The notes below the pieces were generated by a model. It was not told where the DNA came from, did no database searches, and worked only from the letters and a program-made list of their open reading frames with translations. A stretch of DNA of 64,000 nt from Phoronis australis (taxonomy: Eukaryota; Animalia; Phoronida), in assembly GCA_002633005.1 (NCBI GenBank), contig NMRA01000009.1, forward strand, positions 278,083-342,082, in the 5' to 3' direction. This document shows positions 63,183 through 64,000 of the stretch, piece by piece; the stretch's first letter is position 1, and each line of letters begins with the position of its first letter. A program made the translations under genes and the position numbers.

Positions 63183-63315
63183 ATCGTCCAGTGTTCCCTC
63201 GTCACCAGTGGACAACTCCAACAAAGCCAACCTGAGACGGACCGTTACGAACCCATTCTTTCATGTTCGCGGCAAGGAACCACCACACTACGAGGAAGTA
63301 GTCAGGAACCGTCAG
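63183..63315 (+). CDS. MRTF: MRTF exon with PPxY motif (SSSVPSSPVDNSNKANLRRTVTNPFFHVRGKEPPHYEEVVRNRQ)
   Basis: TTTGTTCGACTCAG| acceptor; phase 2 matches AA+A; donor CAG|GTATCT. EPPxYEE resembles the C-terminal motif of vertebrate MRTFs. Confidence 0.8.
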
Positions 63316-64000
63316 GTATCTACTCAAGTGTGACGTTCTTATTGGTATGGAAGGGTCCGTGTTCTGATTTCCAGTTCAATTTTCAATTTGAAATTGAACT
63401 TTGAAATGTTGACCTGTCAATACTCCATGCCTTGGAACTGGAAACCTGCACACGTAGTTGAAAGCTTTGACAGCAATTATTAACTTGAATTGATGGCAGT
63501 ATTTGTTATCTCATTATTTATTATCTTAATTTCGCAGCCAAAAAGTGACGAGTGAAGTCATAGGTACTGGTGATGGATGGGGAATGCTTTGTAGCAGTTA
63601 ATTGCAAAATTTTACTGGTAGCCTATCCTGCAGTTAAAAGGAACTACTTTTATAAAAAACACTTATAGAATTTAGTTAGAAAATGCTGTCATATCGTATT
63701 TTACAAGTTTGCACAAAAATTAGTTGTGTTGGTTGTGTGTGCTAAGCGCTGTTGTTGTGGAATGGAAGGGATGTTTTCACAACATGAAGAAATAGAGCTT
63801 AGTTGGTCTATATTTACTTGTGCATTGTATTGTCTCTTAGAACGTTCTCTAATTGAACATTTTCAGTTCTTTTTTATGCCTGCAGACAACTTGTGCTTTG
63901 CATAACTGATGCAAGATGTCTAGCCTTGTACCAGGGCATGGCCAACGCCCGACTTTTCCAAGCATTCTTGTTTCTGATAGACACATTGTGGTGATTTCCA

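Noticed and set aside
63126-63404. Alternative-frame ORF and acceptor at 63134
   Set aside because: It is also phase-compatible but gives an unrecognisable peptide, whereas the other frame contains the conserved EPPxYEE motif.

Overview
This is animal (invertebrate-like, possibly lophotrochozoan; the taxon is only an inference) genomic DNA, AT-rich, with four single-N scaffold gaps (10371, 24105, 32280, 53978). The last 15.4 kb carry seven + strand exons that splice in frame with GT-AG junctions into a myocardin-related transcription factor (MRTF/MKL). The protein has three RPEL motifs, a B1 basic box, a Q domain, a SAP domain, a coiled coil and a PPxY motif; the gene probably continues past the window end. 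The first ~48 kb hold no other intact host gene. They look like the 5' region or first intron(s) of MRTF, with several candidate phase-1 alternative first exons. They are dense in non-autonomous DNA transposons: hAT with 8-bp TSD, hAT5-like with 5-bp TSD, Tc2/pogo-like with TA TSD, PIF/Harbinger-like with CTG TSD, Kolobok derivatives with THAP and KolX/P2X7-ballast-like remnants, and Helentron/HINE-like repeats. There is also a LINE 3' end and many minisatellites. The most notable structures are a three-level transposon nesting (Kolobok > Tc2-like > hAT5-like), internal sequence modules shared between different TIR superfamilies, and candidate alternative MRTF N-termini. I found no CRISPR array, no prokaryotic system and no convincing wholly new system.
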